From: Stegostoma tigrinum
Lineage: Eukaryota
NCBI RefSeq assembly: GCF_030684315.1
Contig: NC_081355.1
Span: 88,365,733 to 88,429,732, forward strand
Reading direction: 5' to 3'
DNA: 64,000 nt
Shown: positions 26,501 to 41,500 of the stretch, one piece after another
Position numbering within the stretch: the stretch's first letter is position 1
How the letters are laid out: every line of letters starts with the position of its first letter
The notes under the pieces: model-generated
What the model saw: only the letters and a program-made list of their open reading frames with translations
Told to the model about the DNA's origin: nothing
Databases searched by the model: none
Program-made: the position numbers and the translations under genes

Positions 26501-29500
26501 TGCTTTGTTCTGGATAGTGTTGAGTTTCTCAAGTGTTGCACCCATCAGTCACTCAACCCTCACCTTTCGAGTTCACATCCTTTGTCTATGTTTGGACCAA
26601 GGCTGTATTAATGGCTTATCTGGACCTTCCCTGAAGTTGTTTGTACATAACACGTTAATGGTATTGTTGTCAGCAATGTCTGGTAAATCAACTCTGCACT
26701 CTGACAAATGGACTCAAAATTCTGGAACTCCTTTTCTAAAGCACTGGGGGTCTGATCTTCACCCCAAGGATTGTAGAAGTTCAGGCTACACCACCATCAT
26801 CTCGGTGCGGGTAACAAATTCCCAGCCAATGACAAATCATTAACTCTGGTTCTCTTTCAATGGATGTTGATCTGCTGAATTTGTTTTTGGTTTATATTTC
26901 TAGCATTGACTTTGCTTTTAATATTCGTCCAGACTTTGCATTAGTTACTCTTCTGAAATTGCTAACAACTTCTGGGGCTTGTATATGTGAAAATCCAGAA
27001 GCTGCCATCAGTGAAACCACTAGTTCACTCTGCAATCTCTGCAAACCAATCAAAAGTTACTGAACTGTCTGAAACATTTCTTTTTATGTTGTTAGTCTCA
27101 TAGTGAAAATCTTTTAAGCTGTGCCTTTTTTTAAAGTAAGGCCTAACTAGGTTTTCAATAGCATACAACAGTCATAATTATGAAAAACAGACTTACTGTC
27201 TCTGAAAAACTAATTATATAATGGAATTATCCAGTCTCTTCACTTTCAAGTTTTTCCAGAAAGTTTTTGTTATTCAACCTTCTAGTTGAACCTCATGTAT
27301 GTCTCAGTTGAGTGCTTCACTGTCTATGGTTTAACTGAGTGAAAAAAAATCAGTGCTGTTTACTTTTTGATTTGCTATGAGAAAACATGAATATAATTTA
27401 GCTATTAGGCTACTTGGTGTTACTTGGAAATCTCCTTGACCTGACAGAAGAATTACACTGGCATTGAGAAAGGTAAAATCCCAGTCTCAAAGATTGCTGG
27501 CATTTCATTTACATTTCACCTGGCTGTACTTCAGGAAAATCAACACAGAGGATATGTAATTCCTACTTTGTCTGTTTAAATTTAAAGTTTCCATTTCAGT
27601 GTGCAGTTCTTGCATCCAATTTATCATCTACGTAATGTGCCATTCTTTGCACAGTCATAATGTGAAGAATTTGGCCTTTCATCTTAAATCCAGTTGCATT
27701 TCCAGATATACAATACTAGTCATTAGATAAAATAGCACAGTTATATCTGACGTCTTTAGTGAACACTTTCAGTGGGTAACCAACTGTCTTCTATTTTGAT
27801 TATGTAAAGATCAATCTTATATTCTTAAAGCATTCCAATTTTCGATAACCCTCACTGAGTGGAAAATCTCAACTAGAAATAAACAGCCATAGAAATTAGA
27901 TTATCTCTTCAACTCTGATTTTTGTTTTAATTTTTTGCTGAAATAACCATTTACCACTGGTCACCCTTTCTGCTTCTTCCAGCTGTTGCAGTTTGTTTTA
28001 CTAATGTTAAATCACTTACCATTGTCAAGTAGAGATTTGATTTGTAGCATGTCCAGTAACACAGATGAGAGAATCATCCTGCATTACATTTACATTCACA
28101 TTTCAGACCGTTAAAGTTATTGTATTACGCTAGGTTGGTTGAAAGTTCCTTTCAGTGTAATATTTTAGCTTCCTTTCCCCAACTTTATGACCTTAAATCC
28201 TCATCCACTGTCCTTTTTTTATTCTTTTAAAGGTCATTTGTACCAATCACCTTCAGCAACAACCTGCTGATTCCATCTGAAATGCCACTAATGCTGATGA
28301 CACCATCCCCTACAGAGTTAACTCTGAAAGGTGAGCTGCAATCAAAATTGTAGGTCAATGCAGACAGACCTGAGAAGGAGAACACATGGATCATTCTCTT
28401 CAAAGAAAGAACACATTCATAAAACCCCCTGAATGAGATCAACTGAAAACTGTCTATATAGTTTTGCTCCGGAATACAAACCAACTTGACTGTTTTTCAG
28501 CCTATTAAATTTTGTAATTATAGTAATGATTCAAGCTGATGGAAATGCTGGTGTAAGAATGAATTCTAACAATTTAAAGTCTCTAAATCAAGGATGAAAT
28601 GCTGCAGCATTATTAAAGAGAGAAAACCCATCTCCTAGATACTCGGAGATATAATCCAACTATTGCTGTGCGGATCAGTGCATTTGGTAAGCAAAGGCTA
28701 CTCTTTACACCGGAGTTCTCCAAAAGCCAGAAGTGCAATTCTTGTGCACCTCAGCGCCACGGCAAAAAATGCCTGTGAGGCCTCTGATTATCAGTCATAA
28801 ATTCAATAGAGAAACAATGGCATAAATAGCCAAATAATGTGACTCTGCCAATCTTCCACAGAATGAGGTCAGCTGGAATATTGTACCTTGGATTCAGAAA
28901 ATGACACACAGACAATTACAATTGCTAGAACACTAATTCATATAAACAGCTTCATCAATTCAATGTTCACACCTTCTGAATACTGCTTCACGCTGAGAGG
29001 CAGGGAGCACATATCCTTCTTCATCCAATATAATCTCAGCATCTGAAAAAGTGCAATGGTTTCAGGTTTTATTCAGGGAAAAATATTTAAGCTTAATTTT
29101 GTTTTATAGATTTGATCAATATAATATCAAAAGGCACTGTAGTGCAATAGCTTAGAGCTGCATAGCATTTGGGTACTTGTTGCCAAGCTCCCACATAATT
29201 AGCAAAGCAGCGGAGGCTAAAAGCTGTCCAAAACAAGTTTTTTTTTAGGGAAGGGCTAATCATCAAATTCTTATAAGACTCTTAACTGTGTAAGTATGGA
29301 TGCAGAATAATGCAAGATAGGGAGAAAATGTCATTATTAATTGAAAAGTCAATACTGCACAAGGTTATATCTTAATAATGAAAGAAAATTTAGTTCACTA
29401 CAAAAAAAATTCAGGAGAAAAAAAACCAGAAAGCTGACCTTTGGGATTCCTATTTTCTGGTACGCACCGAAAAGAAATTCCTCTTCACTACTTTAGATTC

Positions 29501-32500
29501 AAAACTAAAAATTGTTAATTATTATTCATTTAAATGCCATTTAGACAAGGAAGAAAGGGTAGCAGACATTTCTTAAATATTTTCTGTCTCCCTTATAATT
29601 GCTTGATACATAGAAAACTTATCTGCACAAACGCACCACTAATAGTCAATTGTGTCTTTCCTGTTCACATTAAAAACAAGCAAGTAATTGTACCTAGTGT
29701 ATAGCCATATGGTGTCAGCACACGGGAAGCAAAGTAATTCCTTGCTCCAAGAAGATCAGTCAGGGCATTCTTAACTTTGTTGTAGAGTTGTTCATCTACC
29801 AGGCTTTCCACTGAGCGTCCCGGTGTAATGAAAGACTTGACTCGATACTTTAAAGGAAGGCTGGGACCCTGTTGGAAAACAAATTTGGTATATTTTTTAG
29901 AGATAGCAGGAACTGCAGACGCTGGAGAATCTAAGATAACAAGGTGTAGAGCTGGATGAACACTACAGGCCAAGCAGCATCTCAGGAGCACAAAAGCTGA
30001 CGTTTCAGGCCTAGACCCTTCATCAGAGAGGGGGATGGGGAGAGGCAACTGGGATAAATAGGGAGAGAGGGAGAGGCAGATAGAACATGGATAGAGGAGA
30101 AGATAGGTGGAGAGGAGACAGACAGGTTAAAGAGGCAGGGATGGAGCCATAGGTGGGGAGGTAGGGAAGAGATAGGTCAGTCCAAGGAGGATGGACAGGT
30201 CAAGGGGGCGGGATGAAGTTAGTAGGTAGGAGATGGGGGTGGGGCTTGAGGTGGGAGGAGGGGATAGGTGGGAGGAAGGACAGGTTAGGGAGGCAGGGAT
30301 GAGCTGGGCTGGTGTTGGAATGTGGTAGCGGGAGGGGAGATTTTGAAGCTTGTGAAGTCCACATAAAGTATTAGGTTCCATAAACTGAGGACTATCTACT
30401 TTCCAGCACACAACTGCTTTAAGTTATAAATTTGGAAAGAAAGGCATGAATTATAAATCACCTACATCCCAAATTGCTTCACAACCAACGTGGTACTTGA
30501 TGTGAATTTTCTGATGATCAGATAACTGTTTCTGAAACATTGATAGGAGATGGGCATAGGGACCCTGCAGAATCCCCATTATATCAGGCTGTTAAAAACT
30601 TGCCTGGGAAATTTCAGATTCCATTGGACAATTCCCCTACGCTTAGACTCTTGGAAGATATCAACCTTAATCAGAGAATTAAGAGAGTTTTGTAGAAGAG
30701 AAGTAAATAGACAGGAAAAGTTAGGATTATTAAATTTCTTGTTTAATTCTGAGTAATAAAGCCCCAACTTACTTCAAACACCCTCAAATCTATATCCCCC
30801 AGATCCTCTCAACTCCAGACTATGACCTGACACCCACTAACTGCTCTGGACACCTGCTTCAGGTCCAATTACAGTTCCCACTCAACCCTACCGACAAACA
30901 TTCCATTACTAACCCCTACCTCCCTGGCAACCTAACCTCACACTTAACTTATATCCTCACTCTTTGACAGCAGCCATCAAAGTGTGGGTAGCTGGACCTT
31001 TAAGTTACAGAACTAGCCAACAGACTTCTGTGAAAAAAGGGGCGTAGTTTGCCTATTTCCGACAGTTTTATGCGACAAGGGACTTGTGAGAACAGAAGTT
31101 TGGCACTGCATTTCTGAAGGAGACCTCATCTGCATATCCTGTCCGAAATCCCAAACTTTTTCATTTTGTGAAAATAGAAGTGGAGTGGAGTGGAGTAGCA
31201 ATACGTACAAAATTACCACTCCTCGGAAGTCCTTGCCCACCGTCATTGTTCTAACACAGGAACTACCACAAATAATTTGCACACAGCAAGCTCCCACAAA
31301 TATTAACAAGTGATAATGACCTGAGTTTGCTGTTGTTTCAGGGTTAGAACACAGGGGACAATTTCCTTGCTCCTCTTTGAAACAGTGCCTGAATCTTTTA
31401 CATCCGCCTCAAAAAGCAGATGGGACACAGGAGTATTTGTGCAGTTTTGATCACCATATTATAAATAAAAAGGACGTAGAGGCATTAGAGAAGGTGCAGA
31501 AAATATTTGAAAGGTAACGTTTTAAATGTGAGATGATTTCCATGTGGAAAGGGTAAACGGATTGATCTTTTCTTTCCTGAAGAGGAGAGGGCAACTTACT
31601 AGACTTTTTGAAATTAGGTTTTCCTACAGTTGGCATAGACAGTGTTTTGACTTTTGGGCAAGAACTAAAACTAGAGGCCATCAATACTAAATAGATTTAA
31701 CAAGAAATTAGATGGGGAAATTCAAAAGAAACCTTGTTAACCAGAAATTGATGGGAATGTGAAACCTGACCCTATAGGGAGTGTGTTAAAGCAAAGCAAA
31801 CAATTACATACAGGCTTGACCTAACAAGTGGCAAGTAACATTCATGCCTCACAAGTGCCAGGTAATGACCATCTCCAGTGACAGAATCTAACTACTGCCC
31901 CTGATGTTTAATTGCGTTACCATTCTTAAACCCCTACTTTCACAGATTACTTGACCTCCTAGCTCCTCAATACTTGTCTACAATCTAGAAGGCATAAGTC
32001 AGAAGTGTGATAGAATACACTTGCCTGGATGGGTGCATTTCCAACAACACAAGAAACTTGACACCAGCCAGGACAAAGCAGCCTGTGTGATTGGCACCTT
32101 ATCCACCACCTTCAACATTAACTTCCTTCATCATCTACTACATGAACTTAACACACCTCCTTCAGCAGCATCTTCCAAACCCATAACCTCTACATTCTAC
32201 AAGGTTACTACTCAACTACTTGCAAGTATTCCTCCAAACCCATACAATCCTGACTTGGAATTGTGTTCCTCGCAAGCAGTATTTGTTTGATGAAACTAAG
32301 AAAGATTTTACAGCTAGCTTGGGGTAACTGTTTTATGAAAGCTGATATTGAACTATCAATTAAATGCTTAGGAGCGCTATTGGGACGAGATTGACGAGAT
32401 TAAATAGTCGTTTAGACAGTCAAGGCCAAGGGAACTTTGAGGACATTATAAGGGTAGACCTTTGAAAGTCAAGAATTGGAATTCCTTGCAAAGGAAATAG

Positions 32501-35500
32501 AGTTTTAATGGGATTTGGTGATCCAGATTGTCACTAAGATATGAGTTGGATTTGTCTTAACTGCATTGGCTATTCAAAGTCTTGTCTGTGGGATATTTGA
32601 CCACAGTTTGTCTGCTAACACAAACTTACCTTATGTTAATCCTGAATGTTAAAGGCTAAGTTGTGTATACAGATATATTGTTTAGAACCATTAACTTACC
32701 AGTTCATTATACCTATTTAATCATGATTGCTTGTATTGGTTTTGGTTAAGTTATATAATAAAGGTTTTATTTGTCAATTGAATTCAACCCTGAAATCCTG
32801 TCACTTATTTTCTTACCCTTGGTTTCTCTATTCTTTAAAACATTCTGGTCTTTCAAGCTAGATCCTAACAAAGATCTAGCTTATTCAGCATTCTCATAAC
32901 TGGGATTGTAACATAAGATAAAGGAACAACGCTTAAAAAATTTAAATAAAGCAAATTCAAAACTAGTTAAATAAAATAAGAATAGAGGGTTAAGTGATGT
33001 GTTATTCCTGCATAATGTGGGAGCTGGTGGACCCCAATGTGGTTCCCAGTGACCACATTTGTAGTAAATGTAGTTGCTTAAGGAACCCCGATTCAAAACT
33101 GATGAGCTGGAGTCAGAGCTTTGGATGTTGTGACACTTCAGAGTTACCTGGACCTTGTTTCACGAGACAGTCACACCCCTTAGACTAACTAACTTGAATT
33201 CGGCCAATGGTCAGGGACAGGAGGGTGTGGCTCTGAGTGAGCCAGGTAAAGGGATCCAGGAGGTAGAGCTGCAGGAGCCTCAACCCTTGTCCTCCAAAAA
33301 GTTTGAGAGTCTTGCTCCCTGCATGGATAGGAATGGGAATTAGGGAGGACGTGCCATATGTCCGCAGCATCATGGTGCAGGGACCCCTTCAAGTGGGCGA
33401 AGAGAAATGCAGTTATAATTGGCAACAGTATAGTTAGGGCCATAGACACTCTCCTCTGTGAACAGATCGGCAGTCCCGGTGGTTGGGTTGCCTAGCTGGT
33501 GCTCACGTTCAGGATATCTCATCTGGGCTACAGGGGAACTTGGGAGTGGGAGGATAAAGATCCAATTGTTGTGGTCCACGTAGGTACCAATGATATAGAT
33601 AAAACTAGGACAGAGGTTCTCCTAAGTATGGGCGTGAGTATGAACATCTAAGAGCTAAATTCAAAATCAGAACCAAAAAGTTGTTAATCTCTGAATTACG
33701 ACTTGAGCCAGGAGCTAATTATCACAGGATCAATAAGATTAAGCAGGCGGACATGTGGCTTAAAGATTGGTGTGGGAGAAATGGGTTTGAATTCACGAGA
33801 CATTGGCACCAGTGGCAGGGAAGAAGGGACCTGTTCCGATGGTCTTCATGTGAATCGTGCTGGAACCAGAGTCCTAGCAATCGCATAAATAGGGGTGTAG
33901 ACAGGGCTTTAAACCAAATAGGGAGGAGGAGGGTTCAGTTCTCAGAGGAATTAGAAAACCCAAATTAAAGGAGGAGGTAAGAGTGCAGGTTAGTGATGTG
34001 GCAGATGGTTACCAGAGCATAAAAGGTGAGAGGCAGAACAGGTGATTGCCGTTATGCACCAAGGATTTAAGAGAATAGGGAAATTTATCAGTAGAACAAA
34101 TTTAAAAGCTTTCTATCTAAATGCATGAAGCATTCAAACAAAATTAATGAGTTAATGGCACAAATAGAAACAAAAGAGTATGGATTTGGTAGCAATTACG
34201 GAGACATGGTTACAAGGAGACCAGGTCTGGGAATCCAATATCCAAGGGTACTCAGCATTTCAGAGGGATAGACTGAAAGGAAAAGGAGGTGATGTAGCTT
34301 TGCTGATGAAGGAAAGGATCAGTGCTGTAATGAGAAATGACGTAAGCACAGGAGATCAAGACATGGAATCAGTCAGGGTAGAAATAAGAAATAGTACTTG
34401 AGAGCAGCGATCTAAAAATCCCCAAACAGTTGTTCTGCAGGGGGGCACTGTGCAAAATAGGAAATATTAGAGACTTGCAACAAAGGTACGGCGATAATCA
34501 ATGGATGATTTTAACATGTATATAGATTGGAAGTATCAAATTGGCAAGGGGAGCCTGGAGGCAGAGTTCATTGAATGTATTAGAGTTTGTGTTTCTTGGA
34601 GCAGCACGCTGTGGAACCAAACAGGGAGCAGGCTAGTCTGGATTTGGTATTGTATAATAAGGAAAGATTAATTGGTGACATCATATTAAGGATCTTCTAG
34701 GGAGTAGTGACCATAGAATTCAAAATTCAGTTTTAGGGTTGTGGCAGAAATAGTGGAATGGTTACAATATCCCAAAATTCCTTGGACATGGGACAAGTTC
34801 CAGTGGATTGGAAAAATGCTAATGTAATGCCCTTATTCAAAAATGGAGGGAGGCAATATGTGGAAAAGTACAGACCAGTTAGTTAAACATCTGTTGTTGG
34901 CAAAGCGTTAGAATCAATTATCAAGGAAGCAATATTAAGACATTCGGAAAGTCGAAATGCTATCTATTAGAGTCAGCATGGTTTTAGGAATGGCAAATCA
35001 TGTTTGACTAATTTGCTCTTGTTCTTCGAAGATGTAACAAGCAAAGTGGATAATGGGGATCCTGTAGATGTAATATATCTGGACTTCCGGAAGGTGTTTG
35101 ATATGGTGCCACACAAAGGGTTAATCCACAAGGTTGGATCATGTAGGATTGAAGGTAAATTTTAGCTTGGGTAGGTAGTAACAAGTGGAGTGCCACAGGG
35201 TTTGGTCCTTGGGCCCCAGCTATTTACAATCTACATTAATGACTTGGATACAGGGATAGAAAACTTTATAGTCAAATTTGTGGACGGTACAAAAATAGGC
35301 GGAACGGTAAATAGCAACGAGGAAATAAGAACCTTGCTAATGAGTAGTCGTGGGCCAAAATGTGGCAGATAGATCTTAATGTGGATAAGCGTGAGGTCAT
35401 GCATTTTAGTCAGATAAATGGGAAGGCAACCTACTATCTAAATGGGGAGAGACTTTGGGGCACTCCTGTGCAGAGAGATCTTGGTGTCTTTGAGTCATAG

Positions 35501-38500
35501 AAAACTAGCATGCAGGTACAGCAGATAATAAAGAAAGCAAATGGAATGTTTGCTTTTATACCAAAAGGAACAAAACATAGAGGTAAGGAAGTATTGTTGC
35601 AACTACACAAAGCAGTGGTGAGACCACACTTTGAGTATTGTGCACAGTTTTGGTCCCCCTATTTGACGAAAGATGTAGTGGCATTGGAAGCAATTCAGAG
35701 GAGGTTCACTAGATTGATCCCAGAGATGGAGGGGTTTGTCGGATCAAGAGAGATTGAACGGTTTAGGTCTATACTGTCTGAAATTTAGAAGAATGAGGGG
35801 AGATCAAATTGAGATATTCAAGATGATAAAAGGTACGGATAAAATAGATGTGGAGTGAATGCTTCCTCATGTGGGGCATTCTAGGATGAGCGGTCATAGT
35901 CTTAGTATGACGGGTAGCAAATCTAAAACGGAGTTATGGAAAAACTACTTCTACCAAAAGGTTGTGAATCTGTGGAATTCACAACCCCAAAATGCAGTTG
36001 ATACAGGGTCAGTAAGTGAATTTGAGGATTTAGACAGATTTTTAATTGGAATTGGGTTGAAAGGTTATGAGGAGAAGGCAGGAAAATGGGGTGAGGAGCA
36101 TATCGGCCATGACTAAATGGCAGAGCAGACTCAATGGGCCAAATGGCCTATTTCTGCTGCTATTACTCAAACTGCGCTGTCTCATTCCTACAGATGATAA
36201 ATTACTTTTACAGCTTATAAATTTTAAATAGTTTGCTTTCTTACTTTTTCTTTACTGAAAAATTCATTTCTCATCTCCTTCTCAATCCAATCTTTTCTTC
36301 CCTCTTTTTATTTCTCTCTGCATTTAATTTGACACTCATTCATTCTAGTTCTTTTTCCACTGTCCCCGATACATTCTCTATCCTCAAATTTAATTAGTTT
36401 AGGAGGTAATCTGCTGTATCCATTGTTCGCCAAAATCTCAAATATCTCTTTGACCTCACTAAACCTATCAACTCAGACAACTAACAACTTGCAGCATGTG
36501 GTATTTTTTGGTTGAACAGTCAGGAAATCAGACTCAAGTCAGGTGTCCTTATTCAGAAAATTCTAATGCAACACCACTCTGTAGCTAAGCAGAAAGCCAT
36601 CCCTCTCCCAGAGATGATCTGAATGACCCAAAATTTTGAAGTTTATAGTATAACTTTAAATTGGAAACTTAACAGCGTCCATGTGCCCTGCTGCAATTAA
36701 TCTTCTCTCTCTGATTCGTTCAAAGCCTAAACTTGATCTCGATTCACCAAATCACAGAATCACAGAAATGTTATGGTGCAGAAAAAGCCATTCAGCCCAT
36801 CATGTCTGTAGCTGCCATCAATGAGCATCATTACCTACTGCTAATCTCCGGCTTGTTCACCATACCCATGCACATTGATTAGTTGGATAGAAATATTCAA
36901 TAATTTCCTGAATTCCTCAATTGAACATGCCTCCACACTTCCCGGATGTGCATTCCAGAGCAAATCAATCGATCACTCTATGAGAAAGTTTTTATTGCAT
37001 CACATGTGCACCTTTTCCAAATAACTTTAATTCCATACCCTCTAGTTCCTGATCGTTTTGCAAGCGGGAACAGTTTCTCGCCTCTACTCTATAATTTCAA
37101 AAACCTCAACCATGTACAATATATAGGAGGCACAGTCAATTTGTAATGAGACAAAGTGAATAGTTAAAACACCTTCATACCTCATATGTTCGGCACTCCA
37201 GTTTCATAGTCATGAACAGCTGAGTCAGCTGGGCAAGCACAAACTTGTCAAAACCTTTTCCTTCTGCTTTTAGAATATAGAGACAAAATTTTAAAATTAA
37301 AATGAATAATGCTAATTTGGGTTAGGTATCACCATTAGCACCACTTTCTAATACCCAAAGAACCATACAACCATATACTAATTTAAGACAGAATTAGCCT
37401 GAGAGGGAGGGACAACTTTGTGCTTAAAAAGTGAAAGAACCGCAGGTGCTGGAAATCAGAAACAAAAACAGAAATTACTGTAAAGGCTCAGCAGGTCTGA
37501 CAGAAATCAGAGTTAACATTTTGGGATCAATGGCCCTTCCTCATAACTTACAGAAAAAGTTGGTTCTTATGCAGAAGATTTGGAGGGGTAGTGATTGGAG
37601 TTAATGACAGATGGAGATACAGCCCAAAGAAAAAGAAGAACAGTTGGACAGACAAAGCAGTGGATAATGATCAGCCTGAGAGGATGAATGGCCATTAGTG
37701 GACAATCAGTGGCTAATGATGGGCGGTGTGCAAATAACAGGCCACATGATAACAAGGCCTAGTGTGTGGGGGTTAGGGTGAGGGCATGGGAGAAGACACC
37801 TCGAGCCTAAAATTGTTGAACTCAATATCGAGTCCAGAAGGCTGTAGAGTTCCCAAAACAGAAAATGAGGTGTTGTTCTTCCAGTTTGTGCTGACGCACT
37901 GCAGGAAGCCCAAGACAGATGCTGGCCAGGGAACACGGTGGTGTGTTGAACTGACAGACAACTAGAGGCTCAAGATCTTTGTGCTTGCTGTTTTCTTCTG
38001 GACATGTGTTACTATGTATTGCCTATGGAAGAATTTTAGCTAGAAACAACATGCCTAATGATTCAGCTTTTATCTAAATTTTGGTTCAAACATGAATGAA
38101 GAGTTGGGTGATATTCTGGAGGCTTGCTTATGGTCATAAGACAATTTTCTAGTATGAATGAGGCCCAAGTAGAAGAGAAAACAAAGTGATGTTTGGATTT
38201 GGAAAGCTATTCATCCCAATCTTGTAATTACAGAAAAAGGCTGGTAGTTGTTTATTAATTCCATGCTAAAACCTTTCACATATTCACAGATGTAATAGAT
38301 TACTATTGGATTAGATATTAGGAAGAGGTAGAGAAAAATGCGAAGGCCACATGTAGATTCATTGCGAGAGACAGAAGGAGTAAGAAGCTGTTGGGTGGAC
38401 AAACAGACGCATTCAAGAACAGGCAGTGATAGCAGGGTGATGCTGAAAGGGGCAGCAAGAGACTAAAAGGCAGCTTTAAAGGAATTATTGACAGTTTACT

Positions 38501-41500
38501 GTCGAGACAAGTACCTATGTTACCTGCCACAATAATCACAGAATTAATATGGTTTAGTGACTTTGTGTGTGGTGATTGAGGGAGTGAATGTTTAAGATCG
38601 TGGATGCAATGCTGATCAATCAGACTGTTCTGTTCTTGAATGTTCAAACAATGCTGAATCACTGATCACAGACAAATTGTTGCTTAGGGGCAAAAGAAAA
38701 CACAGTAAAATTATCAAAGAAAACTGCTGTAATAAATTCATGAATGGTTGTGATCCCCAATCAGGAAAGATTGAACAGTTTGAAGAGACTGGGTCTCCTT
38801 TCCATAGATTTGAGAGCTGAAAGTGACCAATTGAGGTCATAAAAGGTTTGATACGGGAGATGTAGGCAGAACGTTCCAATTAGCTGTGAGACTGGTTCTA
38901 AGAAGATAGTCACTAAAATCAAAAGGGAATTCAGGCGACGATTCTTTACCCAGAGAATCTTCAGAATCTGTTGAGAAAAATAGCACAACTGCCTTAAAGG
39001 CAAAACTGAAAGGAGGGAAACATGAATAAGATATATCGATGGGAGATAAATTAAAAGGGATGGGAGGCAACGTTCACAGTGCATAAACAGCAGCATAGAC
39101 TTTTTATAAAATTATTATGAGATGCATAGATAGGGTTGATAGTCAGAGTCTTTCTCTTGGAGTTGAAATGTTGAAAACTAGGGGGCATTCATTTAAGGTG
39201 GGGGGGGGGGAATTCAAAGGAGATGTGAGGGGCAGGTTTAGTCAGAGGGTGGTAGAAGTATGGAACACACTGCAGTAGGGGCAGTTAAGAGACTTTTAGA
39301 TAAGTACATGAATATGCAGGAAATGGAGGGATATGGACCAAGGGCACAGCCTGTTTCTGGGTTATACATGCAATGTATACATGGGAGCAACAGAACAATA
39401 CTGGAACTCCTCTTTATTTCTTCCTCTCTTGCTGAATCATTAACTACTCACTGGACTATTGTTTCACAGATGCTCTCTTAATTATCATTCATATGCAAGC
39501 CTATGGAGCAAACCCTCGTCTATTAAACAATTGGGCGATCACTATCTCTTCTAATGTTTGAATCAGACATGCTTAAAACATATTCTACCACTACCCACCC
39601 AACCAACTCAAGGATCTACCCTGGCAACTATCCAGGAATGTGGAAATTGCCAAGGTATACCCTGCCAAAAAATCCAACCTGGCCAATTATTGCCCCACCA
39701 GTTTAATCTCAACTGTTAACAAGCGATAGAAGGAGTCATCAACAGTGCTATCAAAGCTGCACCTACTCAACAATATCCTGCTCATTGGTGCTCTGCTGGC
39801 AATCTGCCAGGCCCGTTCAGTTACTGAATTCATTACAGCCTTGATCTGAAAATAAACAAAAGTGCTGAACTAAGGGAAACCAAGTGCCGCTGCCCTTCAC
39901 ATCAAGGCAGCATTTGACTCAGCATGGTATCAAGGAGCCCTAGAAAAACTAGAGCCAATGAGAATCGGGGAGAAAATTTCCAGAGTTTGGAATGATACCC
40001 AGCACAATGAGAGACAGTTGGAGCTGTCAGAGGCCAATAATTTCAGTCACATCTCCTATTGGTCCAGATATAACTTGTAATTTACTGGAGAAACACTATA
40101 TAACAACACATCTCACTTGTAGTTTTGCTCTAACTCAAGTAGGACTCAACTCCATCTCTTCCTTCTATGTTTTGAACAGCTTTAAACCAACTTGATCCCC
40201 AGACCCTGCTGCTGCTGTAGATTGGTCAGTTCACATTGTGAAGTGTTTCATTTCCAACACACACCACAACTAGTTAGTGTGTCATATCTAATAAATGCTA
40301 TTTCTGATGAAAAGAAGCACAGAAAAATTGAAATAAGATTATGTTAAAAATGGCCTATTGTTTTGATGTTTATGGTACTCTGAATCCAACAGCTAGCTAT
40401 GGCAACATAATTACTTATAAGAATCTATTGTTCTCTACAAATTCATATTTTCCTGTCTCAAAAATCACAATTAATTATTTTCAATCTACGTACAACACAG
40501 ACCTGCAGAGAGCAGAAATGGGCCCTTCGGTCCACAACATTATGCCGAACATGACACCAAGAAAAACTTTTCCCCTACTGCCTGCCCTTGGTCCACATCC
40601 CTCCATTTCCTGCATATTCATGTACTTATCTATAAGTCTCTTAACTGCCCCTATTGCAGTGCGTTCCAAACCTCTACCACCCTCTGACTAAACCTGCCCC
40701 TCACATCTCCGTTGAACTTTCCCCCTCTCACCTTAAATGCATGCCCCTTAGTTTTCAACATTTCAACTCTGAGAGAAAGACTCCGACTATCAACCCTATC
40801 TATGTATCTCATAATAATTTTACAGACTTCTATCAAGTCTCCTCTAAGTCTCTGCCACTCTGGAGAAAACAACCCAAGTTTTTCTAGCCTCTCCTTATAG
40901 TTCATACCATATAATCCAGGCAGCATCCTGGTAAATCTCTTCTGCACCCTTTCCAAAGCCTCCAAATCCTTTCTGTAATGTGGTGACCTGAACTGAACAC
41001 AATACTCTAAGTGTGGCCTTATCAAAGTCTTACAAAACTTCAACATGACATCTTGACACTTGTACTCTGTTCCCTGACCAATAAAGGCAAGCATGCCATA
41101 AGCCTTCTTCAGCACCCTATTTACTTGCATGATCACTTTCAGGCAGCTATGGACCTGAACCCCAAGATCCTTTTGTACATCAATGTTGTTCAGGGTCCTG
41201 CCATTAACTGTATACTTTGCCTTAACATTTGATCTCACAAAGTGCAGCACCTCACACTTACCTAGATTAAACTCCATCTGTCATTTCTCTGCTCATATCT
41301 GCAACTGATCTACATCCCACTGTATCTTTTGACAATCTTCTACACTATCCACAACTGCACCATCTTTGTATCATCTGCAAACTTACCAACCCACATTTCC
41401 ACATTTTCATTCAAGTCATTTATATATATCACAAACAGCAGACGACCCCCCAGTACAGATCCCTGCGGAACACACTAGTCACGGACCTCCAGCCTGCAAA

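Noticed and set aside
32290-32870. Possible solo LTR (AATAAA then ...CTAACA end); similar impression at ~12520-13400
   Set aside because: No clear TG start, TSD, primer-binding site or second copy was identified.
40651-41277. 208-aa ORF as a host gene
   Set aside because: It is the C-terminal part of a CR1 ORF2.
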